From positions 9,955-73,954 of IMG/VR virus record IMGVR_UViG_3300021963_004264: a stretch of 64,000 bases of DNA; one strand, written 5' to 3'. The first letter of the stretch is position 1. Every line of letters starts with the position of its first letter. Below the pieces are notes generated by a model. It ran no database searches, had not been told where the DNA came from, and saw nothing but the letters and a program-made list of their open reading frames with translations. A program made the translations under genes and the position numbers. The stretch comes from a virus. Of the stretch, positions 47,177 to 58,200 are shown piece by piece.

Positions 47177-48065
47177 GATTGATTAATTCCTCACTTATTC
47201 TATTTATTGCCCATTTATTCATAACGTGTAAATCAACATTACTCCATTTAGTAAGCATAAAGTCGCCCGGGCTACGTGGCTTTTCTAAATACATTATCAG
47301 AGTATGATCGTTAACTGCACTGTGTATATCGTCAGTGTCAAATGTTTTATACAGTGTGGTAGGAAGTTGTGGTATTCCTCTATCTTTAAATCCGCTCATC
47401 ATATGAGCCGCTATACTGAAACTGTAATCATTTCTGTATAAACTGCCTTTCCATTTGTAAACGTCTTGATAATATTGTTTATTATTTTTAACATGTTTAA
47501 CACAATTAAAAAAACTTTCTGTTAAAGGCGTTTTACGAAAGTACACAACAGTAGCCCAATACATTGTAATGCCAAAATCGTTTAATCTATTAAGTGTAAG
47601 ATCTTTACGTTCATACATGATGTCCTGGTAACGCCAATTCATCATTAGTTCTTCGTTGTGTCCCCAGCACTGATTAAGTGTATCACTTAGTATTAGGTAG
47701 TCTACATCTAGTAATATAGTTTCTTCATACGGACTTAGATCATATGCATCACAACGATTAACATTATAAAAACTTAATGGCTTTGCAGTATGGCTGGTGT
47801 CTTTAAATGTTCGTATGTTTTGTTCTTTAAACTTTTTATCTTTTTCAACAACAATAAGATTGTTTATTGCATTATCTATAACGTCTTTACCCAAAGATTT
47901 TTCAGCATATTCTAAACTAGCAGGATCGGTAACTACTGTAATATTCTTAATACCTAAATGCTTTTGTATTAAAAGACTGTTTACAACAGCTAGTTTAAAA
48001 TAATCAATTTCTGCGTTGTTGTGGGCAAACATAATGATGCCACGATCATTATTTGCCTTCATCAT
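47157..48065 (-). CDS. GT8-like nucleotide-diphospho-sugar transferase
   Basis: SPYEETILLDVDYL (DxD), YWATVVYF, RNDYSFSIA, HVMNK. Confidence 0.7.
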   Translation of the reverse strand: MMKANNDRGIIMFAHNNAEIDYFKLAVVNSLLIQKHLGIKNITVVTDPASLEYAEKSLGKDVIDNAINNLIVVEKDKKFKEQNIRTFKDTSHTAKPLSFYNVNRCDAYDLSPYEETILLDVDYLILSDTLNQCWGHNEELMMNWRYQDIMYERKDLTLNRLNDFGITMYWATVVYFRKTPLTESFFNCVKHVKNNKQYYQDVYKWKGSLYRNDYSFSIAAHMMSGFKDRGIPQLPTTLYKTFDTDDIHSAVNDHTLIMYLEKPRSPGDFMLTKWSNVDLHVMNKWAINRISEELINHVRNNL

Positions 48066-48408
48066 TGAGATCTAATACCTTATGTACTTTGCGTGACTTA
48101 CGTAGTTTTTCGTACTCTGCATAATAGTCGTTGGTTACTTCAAAGTAACGACTGAGTACTTCATCATAAAAACTTTCAATATCAACTTTAATAGGATTTT
48201 GGTATATGTCTAAAAGAACTGCTTCAGTTTGCTTTTCTTCTAGCAATAATTTACAAAAATTAAGTAGCGAACGATCAATTGTAAACGTGCCACCATTAAT
48301 GCTGTAACTTAATAAACTTTGAGTTTTGGCTCGTAGTGCGGCTTGCTGATTATTAAGTGTAACTCGATAATTAGCAAATTCAAGTGCGTCAGTTAGTCTA
48401 GTGCTCAT
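48049..48408 (-). CDS. Hypothetical protein, possibly tail-fibre assembly related
   Basis: TAAATA 5 nt upstream of ATG; located next to the tail genes. Confidence 0.6.
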   Translation of the reverse strand: MSTRLTDALEFANYRVTLNNQQAALRAKTQSLLSYSINGGTFTIDRSLLNFCKLLLEEKQTEAVLLDIYQNPIKVDIESFYDEVLSRYFEVTNDYYAEYEKLRKSRKVHKVLDLNDEGK

Positions 48409-48425
48409 GCAAGTATTTAAGACAA

Positions 48426-48457
48426 AAAAAAGCCAGTATCCGTAAATACTGGCTTTT
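48426..48457. terminator. Bidirectional-looking terminator, copy 1 of a 32-bp direct repeat
   Basis: AAAAAAGCCAGTAT-CCGTAA-ATACTGGCTTTT. Confidence 0.85.
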
Positions 48458-48493
48458 GTTCGACACTATTTAAAAACAGACTAGTCTGTTATA

Positions 48494-48691
48494 TTACTTA
48501 GGCTGTACTGCGCCCGCATCTGCTGGTGCCGCAACTGGAGCAGGTGTTGCTGGTGCTGTGGCATTATCAGCTGGTGCTACTACTGCGGCAGCTGGTGCTG
48601 CTTCAGTTGGTGCTGGTGCTGGCTCGGTCTTTGAGCAAGCTGTTAGGCCTAGTAGTGCAGTAGATACTGCGATTGTTGTGAACATCTTCAT
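48494..48691 (-). CDS. Small Pro/Ala-rich lipoprotein
   Basis: AAGGAG RBS, ATG 48691, signal peptide with lipobox LTAC, PAPAP/AAPAA tail. Confidence 0.8.
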   Translation of the reverse strand: MKMFTTIAVSTALLGLTACSKTEPAPAPTEAAPAAAVVAPADNATAPATPAPVAAPADAGAVQPK

Positions 48692-48735
48692 AAGTTTATT
48701 TCTCCTTGTGTTCTTCACGTTTATACTTATACATT

Positions 48736-48767
48736 AAAAAAGCCAGTATCCTTAAATACTGGCTTTT
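48736..48767. terminator. Bidirectional-looking terminator, copy 2 of the 32-bp direct repeat
   Basis: AAAAAAGCCAGTAT-CCTTAA-ATACTGGCTTTT, one mismatch to copy 1. Confidence 0.85.
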
Positions 48768-48852
48768 TAGTGTAGTTTACTCTACTCTTTAAGTAACCCG
48801 CATAGTGTGCATTGCTAAGAGGCAGTTTGGGTGTTGTTAACTATATGTATTA

Positions 48853-49887
48853 TTAGCTGATTGCAGCCATGCTTATTGTTGGAGCAGTAATAGTAATACT
48901 CGAACCGTTTGCATTTGGTTGTTTGCGTCGACCATTAAGTGTTAGTGTACCGTCAATACTGTCAGTATATCCACTAGTCTCATCGCCTGAACTTGGTACG
49001 CCGTCTGGACCAATAGCACCATCAGCGGATGCTGCGGCTGCTGCGGTATAAGGATCGCTCCAAGTTGCTTTTAATGTAATTACAGTTGGATCAGTGATAC
49101 TGTTAACCTTACCTTCTAACTTAAAGAAGTTAGAAGCATAAGCACCTGAACCGTATTTGATAAACAACTGCTGATAAGAGGCTGTTAATTCATAAAAACC
49201 AATACCTGCACTTGTACCTGAACTTGCACTTGTATCGTTGTAATTCATTAATACATCGCCCATAGCACTTAACAAACTGGCCCAGTCACTGTTTTGTGTA
49301 GTAGCTGAACCACCAGTTCTCGATGAACTTACACCTAGTGCGCCTCCTGCATTAAAAAATGCACGGGCTGCGCTTTCGCTAGCAAATGTCCATGTTGTTT
49401 CTTCAGTTAATGTACTAGTCCAAGCTGTTGTTCTTGTAACATTGCTAACGCTAGACATTGTTGTACTTGCTGGACTAAATCTGTTATCCCAACAATCCTT
49501 AATGTTTAGCATTAAGTTATTCCAAGTAGTTGCAGCGATCGTTGTAGCAGTTGTTACGTCAGTTCCTACGCCTGTTCGTACCGTCTGACCTAAAAATGCA
49601 CACAATGACTGAACGTCATCTTGTAAACGTTTAAAGCCGCCTGTGGCATTATCTGCATAAACTAAACCGCCTGTACTGGCAGCACTTACGGATGAACCAC
49701 CTTGTGTGTATCCGTATGTACTTGCGGCTGTATATGTACCTAATGTTACATCTGCCGCAGTACCAAGTAGTAAGTTTACGTTTGTTCTTGCATTGTTGAA
49801 GTCAGCCGGAACAACAGTATCAGTTCCTGCGACAACTTGTGTCATTGTTGTCATTCCCGACGATGTGATTGTTGCACCTGATGGCAT
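48853..49887 (-). CDS. Virion structural protein (tail/fibre associated)
   Basis: Thr/Ser/Gly-rich; ARAFFNAGG motif; in the tail gene block; AGGAG RBS. Confidence 0.65.
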   Translation of the reverse strand: MPSGATITSSGMTTMTQVVAGTDTVVPADFNNARTNVNLLLGTAADVTLGTYTAASTYGYTQGGSSVSAASTGGLVYADNATGGFKRLQDDVQSLCAFLGQTVRTGVGTDVTTATTIAATTWNNLMLNIKDCWDNRFSPASTTMSSVSNVTRTTAWTSTLTEETTWTFASESAARAFFNAGGALGVSSSRTGGSATTQNSDWASLLSAMGDVLMNYNDTSASSGTSAGIGFYELTASYQQLFIKYGSGAYASNFFKLEGKVNSITDPTVITLKATWSDPYTAAAAASADGAIGPDGVPSSGDETSGYTDSIDGTLTLNGRRKQPNANGSSITITAPTISMAAIS

Positions 49888-49916
49888 GTTATCTCCTAAT
49901 TATTACAATATTTATA

Positions 49917-51482
49917 TTACTTAACGCCTATTACAGCTTCAACAACACCTAAATTGTCCGTTGTTTTCTGTTCAAGACTTCTACCAATAACCTTACGTGG
50001 ATCATATTCGTTAAATCCTAGCGCCATTGCTACGCCTGGTAAATGGCTGCTAATTAATCGTTCACCTTTTAGTACTTTACCAAATACTTTAACTGGTACA
50101 CGACCTTTTAATGCAACAGGCAAACCTTCTGCTTCACTGTTCATTAAATAAGCAGGGTCAGTTGAAATAACACCAAATACATTCATATCTTCGATACTTG
50201 TTGTTTGTGTAATTTCTGCGCTGCCGCCTAGTTTTACAACTGTGCCCGGCTCGTAAGTTTCGTCGCTGGCATAAATTTCTGCCAAGTCAGCGTAACGTGC
50301 CGCTGTTGCAACGGCTGTTACTACGTTAGCCGAGAAGCTACCTGCACTATCTCTTAGTACAAGTGTATTGGCCGTGTTTGTTGTAACTGCATCTGTTGCA
50401 GTACCTGTAGCAAAACTTACGTTTCCGCTTACGTTAAATTGAGTAGTATGAATAGTACTGATTCGTGTTGTGCTATTACCAATAGCTACGTTACCTGCAC
50501 CAAGTATTGCACCTGATGTGCCGTTACCTACATACACTGTACCAGTGTGGAGGTCTGCAAATCTATAACTTGCACTACCAATGTTATAGGTATTTGTTGC
50601 ATCAGGAACATAATTTCTTCCTGTATGAATAATTTCACTTGCATTGACGTTTGCACCGTCTGAGCCAACGCTACCTAAGTTTATTTTATATGAAGCATCT
50701 GAGCGATATGATCTTTCGCTTAACGCTAGTGAAGTTGTGTTATATTCAGTACGTAAATTTAGACCAGGACGAATAATAGCACCGATGCCGCCTGAACCAA
50801 CAAGTTCAGTGTACCAGTTGCGACTCTCGCCTTCTGTACTACTGTTCGAGTTAGCGGCAGTAAATTGTGCATGGTCACTGAAAATAGCCATGATTGTTTC
50901 TGCACCAAAGGCTGTAGTAGTACTACCATAATTTACCGAAGGACTAGATGAATCGTTAACATAAGTTAATGCAAGTACTGCGCGGTCAACACCTGTACTA
51001 TCACGTAAGAAAATGTTACGTAGTTTAGTACCATAGTTAGAGGGATTACCTATGTTACTTGTACTTGCAAACGCACTAGAAACTTCACCTGCATAACCTG
51101 CAAATTTAAAACTGCTACCATCATGTACACGAAGTTTATCATCTGTAGTATCAAACCACGCTGTACCTGCTACTAAGTTAGTTGATGGCGCTGAAGAACT
51201 AACTACAATATTAGTAGCTCTTTTCCATCTTGTGCCGTCATAAACCCTTAGTAGATTCTCTGTTTTATCATACCAAAGCTGACCTGTTAGTGTTGTACTT
51301 GCACTAGGTGCAGTTGCACTTGCAAAGTTTTCTAATTGACGTACAGCATTTTGTGCAAAGTATAGACCGTAGTTAGATACGTTACGTCCAACCAATGCTA
51401 TTGCATAGGTACTGGTATCTATCGTACTGTCAGCAACTGTTGTCGAAACACTTCCGTCACTGTTATTAAATGTATATGGCAT
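49917..51482 (-). CDS. Tail fibre protein with C-terminal autocleaving chaperone (Peptidase G2/IMC-like)
   Basis: LENFA..P...GQLWYD repeats; C-terminal ADLAEIY..GTVV..GVIST.PAYLMN..VALKGRVPVKV. Confidence 0.75.
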   Translation of the reverse strand: MPYTFNNSDGSVSTTVADSTIDTSTYAIALVGRNVSNYGLYFAQNAVRQLENFASATAPSASTTLTGQLWYDKTENLLRVYDGTRWKRATNIVVSSSAPSTNLVAGTAWFDTTDDKLRVHDGSSFKFAGYAGEVSSAFASTSNIGNPSNYGTKLRNIFLRDSTGVDRAVLALTYVNDSSSPSVNYGSTTTAFGAETIMAIFSDHAQFTAANSNSSTEGESRNWYTELVGSGGIGAIIRPGLNLRTEYNTTSLALSERSYRSDASYKINLGSVGSDGANVNASEIIHTGRNYVPDATNTYNIGSASYRFADLHTGTVYVGNGTSGAILGAGNVAIGNSTTRISTIHTTQFNVSGNVSFATGTATDAVTTNTANTLVLRDSAGSFSANVVTAVATAARYADLAEIYASDETYEPGTVVKLGGSAEITQTTSIEDMNVFGVISTDPAYLMNSEAEGLPVALKGRVPVKVFGKVLKGERLISSHLPGVAMALGFNEYDPRKVIGRSLEQKTTDNLGVVEAVIGVK

Positions 51483-51503
51483 CTCTTATTCCCTCAAATA
51501 ATT

Positions 51504-52163
51504 TTAGCTCAACTGTACTCTGACAGTATAGATTACCTCAATAATTCTGTTTTGTGACTTTTGTACAGGATGAAAAACTACATGAGTAAGCATTGTACTT
51601 GTATTAATTGGATCAGCATCTGTTGGATCACTAGGATAACTAAACAGTGCTAATTCATCAAAAATATAATCACCTTCATTTGTAGTACTACTGTCAAACA
51701 AATCCTGATCGCTAGGTTCTGCATAACCTAGTGTACAAGTTACTTTAATGTCTGTGTAACTTGAACCTGGAATTATTTGTATTTTGTCCGTTTCTGTATC
51801 AGCTGAGATAATCTTATAATAAGTTCTACTGTACAGACTTGCGCCGGTTTCATATGCTTCACTTACACGCGGTGACTTGTAGATTACTCTACCAGCGGTA
51901 TCAACACTAGTTGCACCGTTACCAAAAGCCATGTAATGAACATATGCACCTTGAGCATTGTTTAAAGCGTTAGCGATTAAATTAGCCATATTGCCATAAT
52001 GAATAGCATTACGCTTATTGATGAGTTCTTCGCCCGTTTCTTTATCGCGGATCAATATATGACCGCTAATATTGATACCGGCAACTTCATCTGGCTTCTT
52101 TTGAGGAGTAGCATTTTCTTGCATTTTCTCTGCGCCTTCGTCTTTTTTGTCAATGTCTAACAT
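51504..52163 (-). CDS. Virion structural protein (tail collar/baseplate-associated)
   Basis: KRNAIH, FGNG, IFDELAL, LTHVVFHPVQKS; start likely ATG 52163 (TAAATA-N5-ATG). Confidence 0.65.
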   Translation of the reverse strand: MLDIDKKDEGAEKMQENATPQKKPDEVAGINISGHILIRDKETGEELINKRNAIHYGNMANLIANALNNAQGAYVHYMAFGNGATSVDTAGRVIYKSPRVSEAYETGASLYSRTYYKIISADTETDKIQIIPGSSYTDIKVTCTLGYAEPSDQDLFDSSTTNEGDYIFDELALFSYPSDPTDADPINTSTMLTHVVFHPVQKSQNRIIEVIYTVRVQLS

Positions 52164-52201
52164 ACGTTTATTTATCACTTTTTTTAAACTAGCAGTTAAT
52201 T

Positions 52202-55200
52202 TTAAATTCCATGGATGAATTTCATCAAACTTTCAACGTTAGCATAGTCTGCGTTAGCTACGTCTGCCAAGCTCAGTGCTGAATTTGAACCAGTGTTTAG
52301 TGTTGGAATTTCTAGTGTAATTGTGGTATTTCCGTTAATAAATTCGGATATATCATCGTCATACTCTTCGGAATCAAAACCATAGTAGTCCCATAACCCA
52401 TCCTGTAAGAATAAATCATCCTCTACTGTAATTGTTAAGTTTGCATTATCAATATCTGTAATGTAGAAGAATGTTACATTGCTTGTATAAGATGTGCTGT
52501 AATGTGTACCATTAGCAGTTAACATAGTGCCGTTAGCTGACATAGATACCACACCACCTGCATTTAACAATGCAATAGCATTTGCTGTTGTTACAATAGA
52601 CAACTGATTTGGTGCAACATAAGCAACATTAGAACCTGCGTAAGACTGATATGTGTAGAATTGAGAACCAACTTCTAACCATATTGCACGATTAGTATCT
52701 AATCTGTTAAATGTTTCTTCTTCAGAACCTTCGATAACGTCTACTGTTACAGGATTTCCATAGATGTCTATAATCAAGTGATCCTGTATACTTGTGCCGG
52801 CGCTGCCTCTGGTTAGTTGACTAATAACATTTCCGTCAAGTCTGTCGTAAAGAATACGCTCTGTTCCTACCCATATAATACCAGGATCTCCTGGGCGTGG
52901 GGTCTGGAATACACTACCATCAACTACTGTAATTTCTGTTGAATATGAATATACGTTAGCTGAAAGTGTAGTACTCTTATTAGTTGTAATTCTAACATAT
53001 TCAGTATCACCGAATAAGTTTTGGTGCATTCTATACTTAACTGCAATCGCATCTGGTGATACAGGTGTAGTACTTGTATTACCTCCAGCATATGGACTTG
53101 TGTAAACGTCAATGATTAGTGATTCTAGTGGGTCCAGGAACACCATTTCTTCTGGACGCTCTTCACCGTATAGAATTTTCTTAAATGTTGCGCCGTCAAA
53201 ACCTTCGTAAGTATCATTATTACGTCTTAGCGTAATATTACCTTGCGCTAATTCACTAAAGATACCTTCGTAGTTAACAACTTCAACTGTTCTATCTAAT
53301 GCATACATATCCCAAGGATCTGTATCCCAACCAAAGCTACTTAAGAAATCAACGGTTGAGTCTAAACCTGCTACTGCATTAGTAAACAAGTTAGCATCTA
53401 ATAGTTCGCCTCTCCAGCCACCACCAACTTTTTCTTTTACAAGAGTTAGTGTTGTGCTTAAGTTTCCTGCATTAATAATATCATGCAATACACTAGCATT
53501 TGTGATAATACTTGTATTTGTTCCTGCTGATGAATTATTAAAGTGTGAATTAACTTCCGCAACAAACGATGCACGAACAATTGGATCAAACTTAAATATT
53601 CTATCAATTGCTCTCATTTGTGAACTTGCAGTAATGTTTGCTTCGTTCATTTGGTTGATATTAGCAATATTTCTAGCAATACTTACGTTAACAGTAGTGT
53701 TACTTCTATTATGGCCAAATTGTGTTAATTCGTAGTTGGTTCTATCAAACACAAGTGTAGTATTGTTATGTCTAAATACATTATCGCCCTTGTTTGTAAT
53801 GCTGAAATAATTCTTATAAGCATTATCAAAGAACATGATATTAGCATCATTTTCGCTAAAGTCATCTAGGACACGAACAACACCTAAACCTCTGTCGATG
53901 TAAGGAGGCTTATCAAAGTCACTAACCATTGTTGGACCAACAACTTCAATTGGTGCTCTCTTACCATCTCTATATTCACGAATCTTAGCAGTGAATGGTT
54001 TAACTTCGTTCATGTATTCAATAATACGTGCAAAGTTATCAGGTTTAAATCCGTTTGTAGGAATCAAATCTTCTTCATCTTTTTCAATGTATAGATATGA
54101 AGTCTTGAATGCCCAGCTTAACTGTGTTTGTTCAGCATAAGCATGTTTTAGCATTTCAAAGAATACCTTATTCCACAAACCAATGTCGTTAAAGATTGGA
54201 CTACGTAAAATGTTTAGTAGTATTCTTAATTCATTAGCAAGGGTAGCATTACTTGAAGATGTTTCCAACGATTCTTTAATCTGTAATGTTTCTCTCTTAA
54301 TTGAAATTAGTTTAAAGTCATCGGACGATGCAATATACATCCAAAGTTGTGGCCTGTCAGAAGTAGATGATTTAACTTGAATCACTGTACCATCGGGCAG
54401 ACCCTTCAATGTGAATAGTTCGCCTACACTACCTACGTTAAAGATTGGCTTGTAGCTACTGTCATATCTAATCTTCGTATTAGTGCTGTTATCAACTCGT
54501 TCGACTTCGTACCAGTTAACACGTTCTAAGTAAGTAAGTGTTGTTGGTAAATCTGCATCCCATGTTGAATACTGTGTTTCAAGTTTCAAGTCAATTAACA
54601 GCTCATTAACTACAGAACGTAGTGCTCTACGTGCAGAGCCTAAGTCTCTGAACAATGTCTGTCTTGGTCTAAAACCAATACCGTATTTTTCTACTTCACT
54701 AAGTGTAGGATCAGGTACAACTTGACCGATAGCATTTTCTCCACATAAGCTATCAATTAATTTGTCACTAATATGTTCAGGAATAATGCTGTTATTGTCA
54801 TTTTCACGTACTAACTTCCAAGCAGTATGTTTAATACCATCGCTATTACTGTTGCGATTAATGTTAATTTGTACTACATTTTCATCTTTTAGTACAGTTG
54901 AAATGTTATGTAGAACAAAACTTTCATCGCTGATGAAGCTAGCCATTGTAAGGCCATAGCCCACTGGGTTAGCAATATAACGTGCAATTGTTTCGGTGTC
55001 CATTTCACGTCCGAGGCTACGTTTAATTCTGTCGTCAACAACAGTTCTATTTTGTACCCAGTAATAGTAATATGTTACAAATTTGCCTGAATCTGGATCG
55101 ATACGACGTTCTGAAACATATCTATCTGACCATCTTGGTGTACCGTTACCGTTCCAGTTCTGTGGAAGTGCTTTACTTTCTACCCATTCACATACAGTGA

Positions 55201-58200
55201 TAGCACTTCCTGGGAATGTGCGACCCCAGTTAATCCAGCGTTCGCGGTTTGATCCTTGTTCGTACCACATGTACTTAACTGTACTTGTATCCCACCAAAC
55301 TTTACCTACATTGTTTAGGCCAAAGTTAGTGCGAGCATTGTTGTAATTTACTGGATCATTTTCACTAATGTAATGGATTTCGTTAGAAACAAATCCTGGT
55401 AATACGCCCTTGAACGGATCCCATAAATCAAACTGAACAGTCTTATTACCTGTATCCGGATCGTAAATTAGCGCACTCTTAACATAATTTGTATCTACCA
55501 GAGGAGTCTGCCAACGCTGAGGAATACCATTTTCTAGGTATGCCCAACCGCCTAGTACGAAATCTGGCATTGAAATATTAGCAGGGTCTAAGTTGAAATA
55601 CGAATCAACCCAAGCATTAGCTAATTCAGTTGTTTCTGACTCTAACAAATCTGGTTTTAGATACAGCTTATTATCATTATATTCAAGTACGTTATTCCAA
55701 CGTTGACTTGCAAATGCATAGACATTAACATTTTGTTGATCGCTACCGTTTAGAGAAACAACATCACCGAATATGTTTCTAATATCATACTTGTATAGTT
55801 CTTTTACAAATGTTATGCTGCCGTCGCCATTGAAACCAGAATTTTCTAAATTAGGGTTCAGTCTTCTGTATTTGTCAGGATCAGGAATTATAGGACCATC
55901 GCTCTTAACAGAGTCAACGCAAAGTAGCGACAATATAGTTGGAGGAGCAGCCTGTGCAGATAGTGCCGCTGTAGATGTATACTTGGCAATGTCTTCCTGT
56001 GATAATAATCCAAATGGTCCTGACTTGTAAAGATTTTCATATTCTGTTTTTAACTGACTATCTGATAAATCAGGCTGAACGAATTCTGCTTCAATACATA
56101 GCATACCAGCATTATAGTCGCCTAACTCGATACCTAATTTTTCTGGGAATCCAGGAGTATCCGTATCAATGTTCACGCTTGGATAATTGGTTGATATAAC
56201 AAGTTTACCTACGCCTGGGCCGGCTGGTTGTAAGCTAACAGAAATGTCTTCTGGTAGATAACCTGCGCCGCGAAGTGCATCGTTCAATGCATCAGCTAGT
56301 ACTTCAGGTGCGTTAATATCAGCAATCTGATCTGGTAAACCTAAATCTTCTTTTGCTCGTCCCTTTTCTGAACAGTCAGGTACTTCATCTGCTGTTAAGA
56401 ATACTCTAGCACCAGTACCGCCAGAAACACGTAATGGTGTTACGTAATTACCAAATTCTGGATCTAGTGGATCGAACACAATGTCATACTGTTTAGCTAG
56501 TCGTTGTCCGCCAATTTCTACAGATGTCTGCGGATCGTATGCACCAGGAGATCCTGTGTAGACAACCCATGCATTTGGATCGTTTGCTGTCTTAGTAGGA
56601 TCATATTTCCATTCAGTGTAGTTAGAAAAGGATGGATGTTTTCCGTTAACAAAAGGTGCTTGACTGTATTCAGGATGATTTACACCGTATGGAGTATTAT
56701 CTTGTGTGCTTGGGTCAACAACACCTAAGTTATTGCTGCTTGCCCAGCCAGGTGAACCAATATAATCATAATCATACTCTAATGGAATACCTTGTGTTAA
56801 ATCAGCTGGGAATACTTTATATAAGCCTCTGTCTAGGATACGTAAACTTGTAATTGCACCCGATCCATCCACACCTGTTACAATAAATTTAGCTACACGT
56901 AGTGGACCTGCAAGTGATTTATATCCCTTAATATAAGCATAAGGGTTAGCATCATTATCTGTTGGATCAGCAAGTGCGCTGTTTCTATCAACAACACCGA
57001 CCTTAGCTGTGACTTCAGCTGGCTGTACTGCCATTCTTTGATCTGGAATACGTTTTAGTGCGCCAACTGCAATCGCGCTTTCAATCGGCTCTCTTAAGCT
57101 AATTTCAAATGTTGTGTGAGAGTTAATGATGTTTGCAACATTGCTGGTAAAATATGAATCTTTTACAAATATGTTTGCGCCAGAAACTGTATCAACAGTA
57201 AACGCAACATTATCCATATAGCTTTCTATAACGTTAGCATTTGCGTTGCCGTCACTGTTAACTAACAGTGTAATAACTCCGCCAGGAACAACTTTACCGC
57301 TAATTGCAGAAGCATTTGCAACCTGAAGTCTAAATGTACCGGTGTCTCCAGTGTCAATAAATGCTACAGGACTAATATTTGCATCACTGATAGTTGTAAC
57401 TGCACCTAATGTAATAGTGTTAGCTACAACACGATAGAATGTTGAATCAGAGATAACAATATTACTAGTAGCATTGTTAAAGTTTTGAACTTCTAGGATA
57501 GTATTATAAGTGTATGTCAAACCTGGTAAGTTTGTTGCATCAACAGTAGTATATAAGTTACGTGGACTTATATCTGTAATTGTAACTGTAGGAGGATTTT
57601 TAACATCGTAACCTACCCCAGGGTTCAACATACGAATACCTGTTATAGCCCCAGTAAATTCATCGAGGCTGGTAACTTCAGCACTTGCGCCTACGCCAGG
57701 ACTGTTGTCATTACCAAAACTAATTCTCAAGTTGGCAGCATTGTTATATCCAACACCAGCAAAGTTAACGCAAATACTACCAAGTGGGCCTCTAGTATTA
57801 TTGGTTGGAGTACCGCCAAGTAGACGTAATCTATCCCCAATTTGATAGCCACTACCACCGCTCATATAAGTTGAACTGTTGGTTGTAGTTACTGTCTTAC
57901 TTGGCAGAACAGCACCAATAAATGGAGTAATTTCATCGTCTGGAACAAATATTGTAGAATTACCGGAACAATCATATAAAGTATATGATGCTGTCGGTGT
58001 TTGGCCAATGTTGCCGTCTGCATAACCAGTTGTGGCTGATAATACTGTAGCATTTGAACTACAACTTTCAGTATTGGTTGTAGTTGTTGTTTGTTCAAAA
58101 CCACGTACAATATGGAAGTCGCCTACACGCTTTAGTGTGCCGCCGCCGCAGCCGTTTTTAACTGCAAAGCTGTTATCGCTACATGATCTAATTAATAAAC

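Noticed and set aside
20026-48408. Bacterial capsule/LPS locus (host contamination or cellular origin)
   Set aside because: No wzx/wzy/ABC export genes; contiguous with tail genes and shares the phage TAAATA promoters
13567-48767. Direct repeats (21 bp, 17 bp, 32 bp) as a CRISPR array or att sites
   Set aside because: Only two copies each, separated by whole genes; they coincide with promoters or terminators; no cas or integrase gene in the window
48768-48852. 85-bp gap after the 48853 gene as an ncRNA
   Set aside because: No convincing stable structure or recognisable motif found by eye
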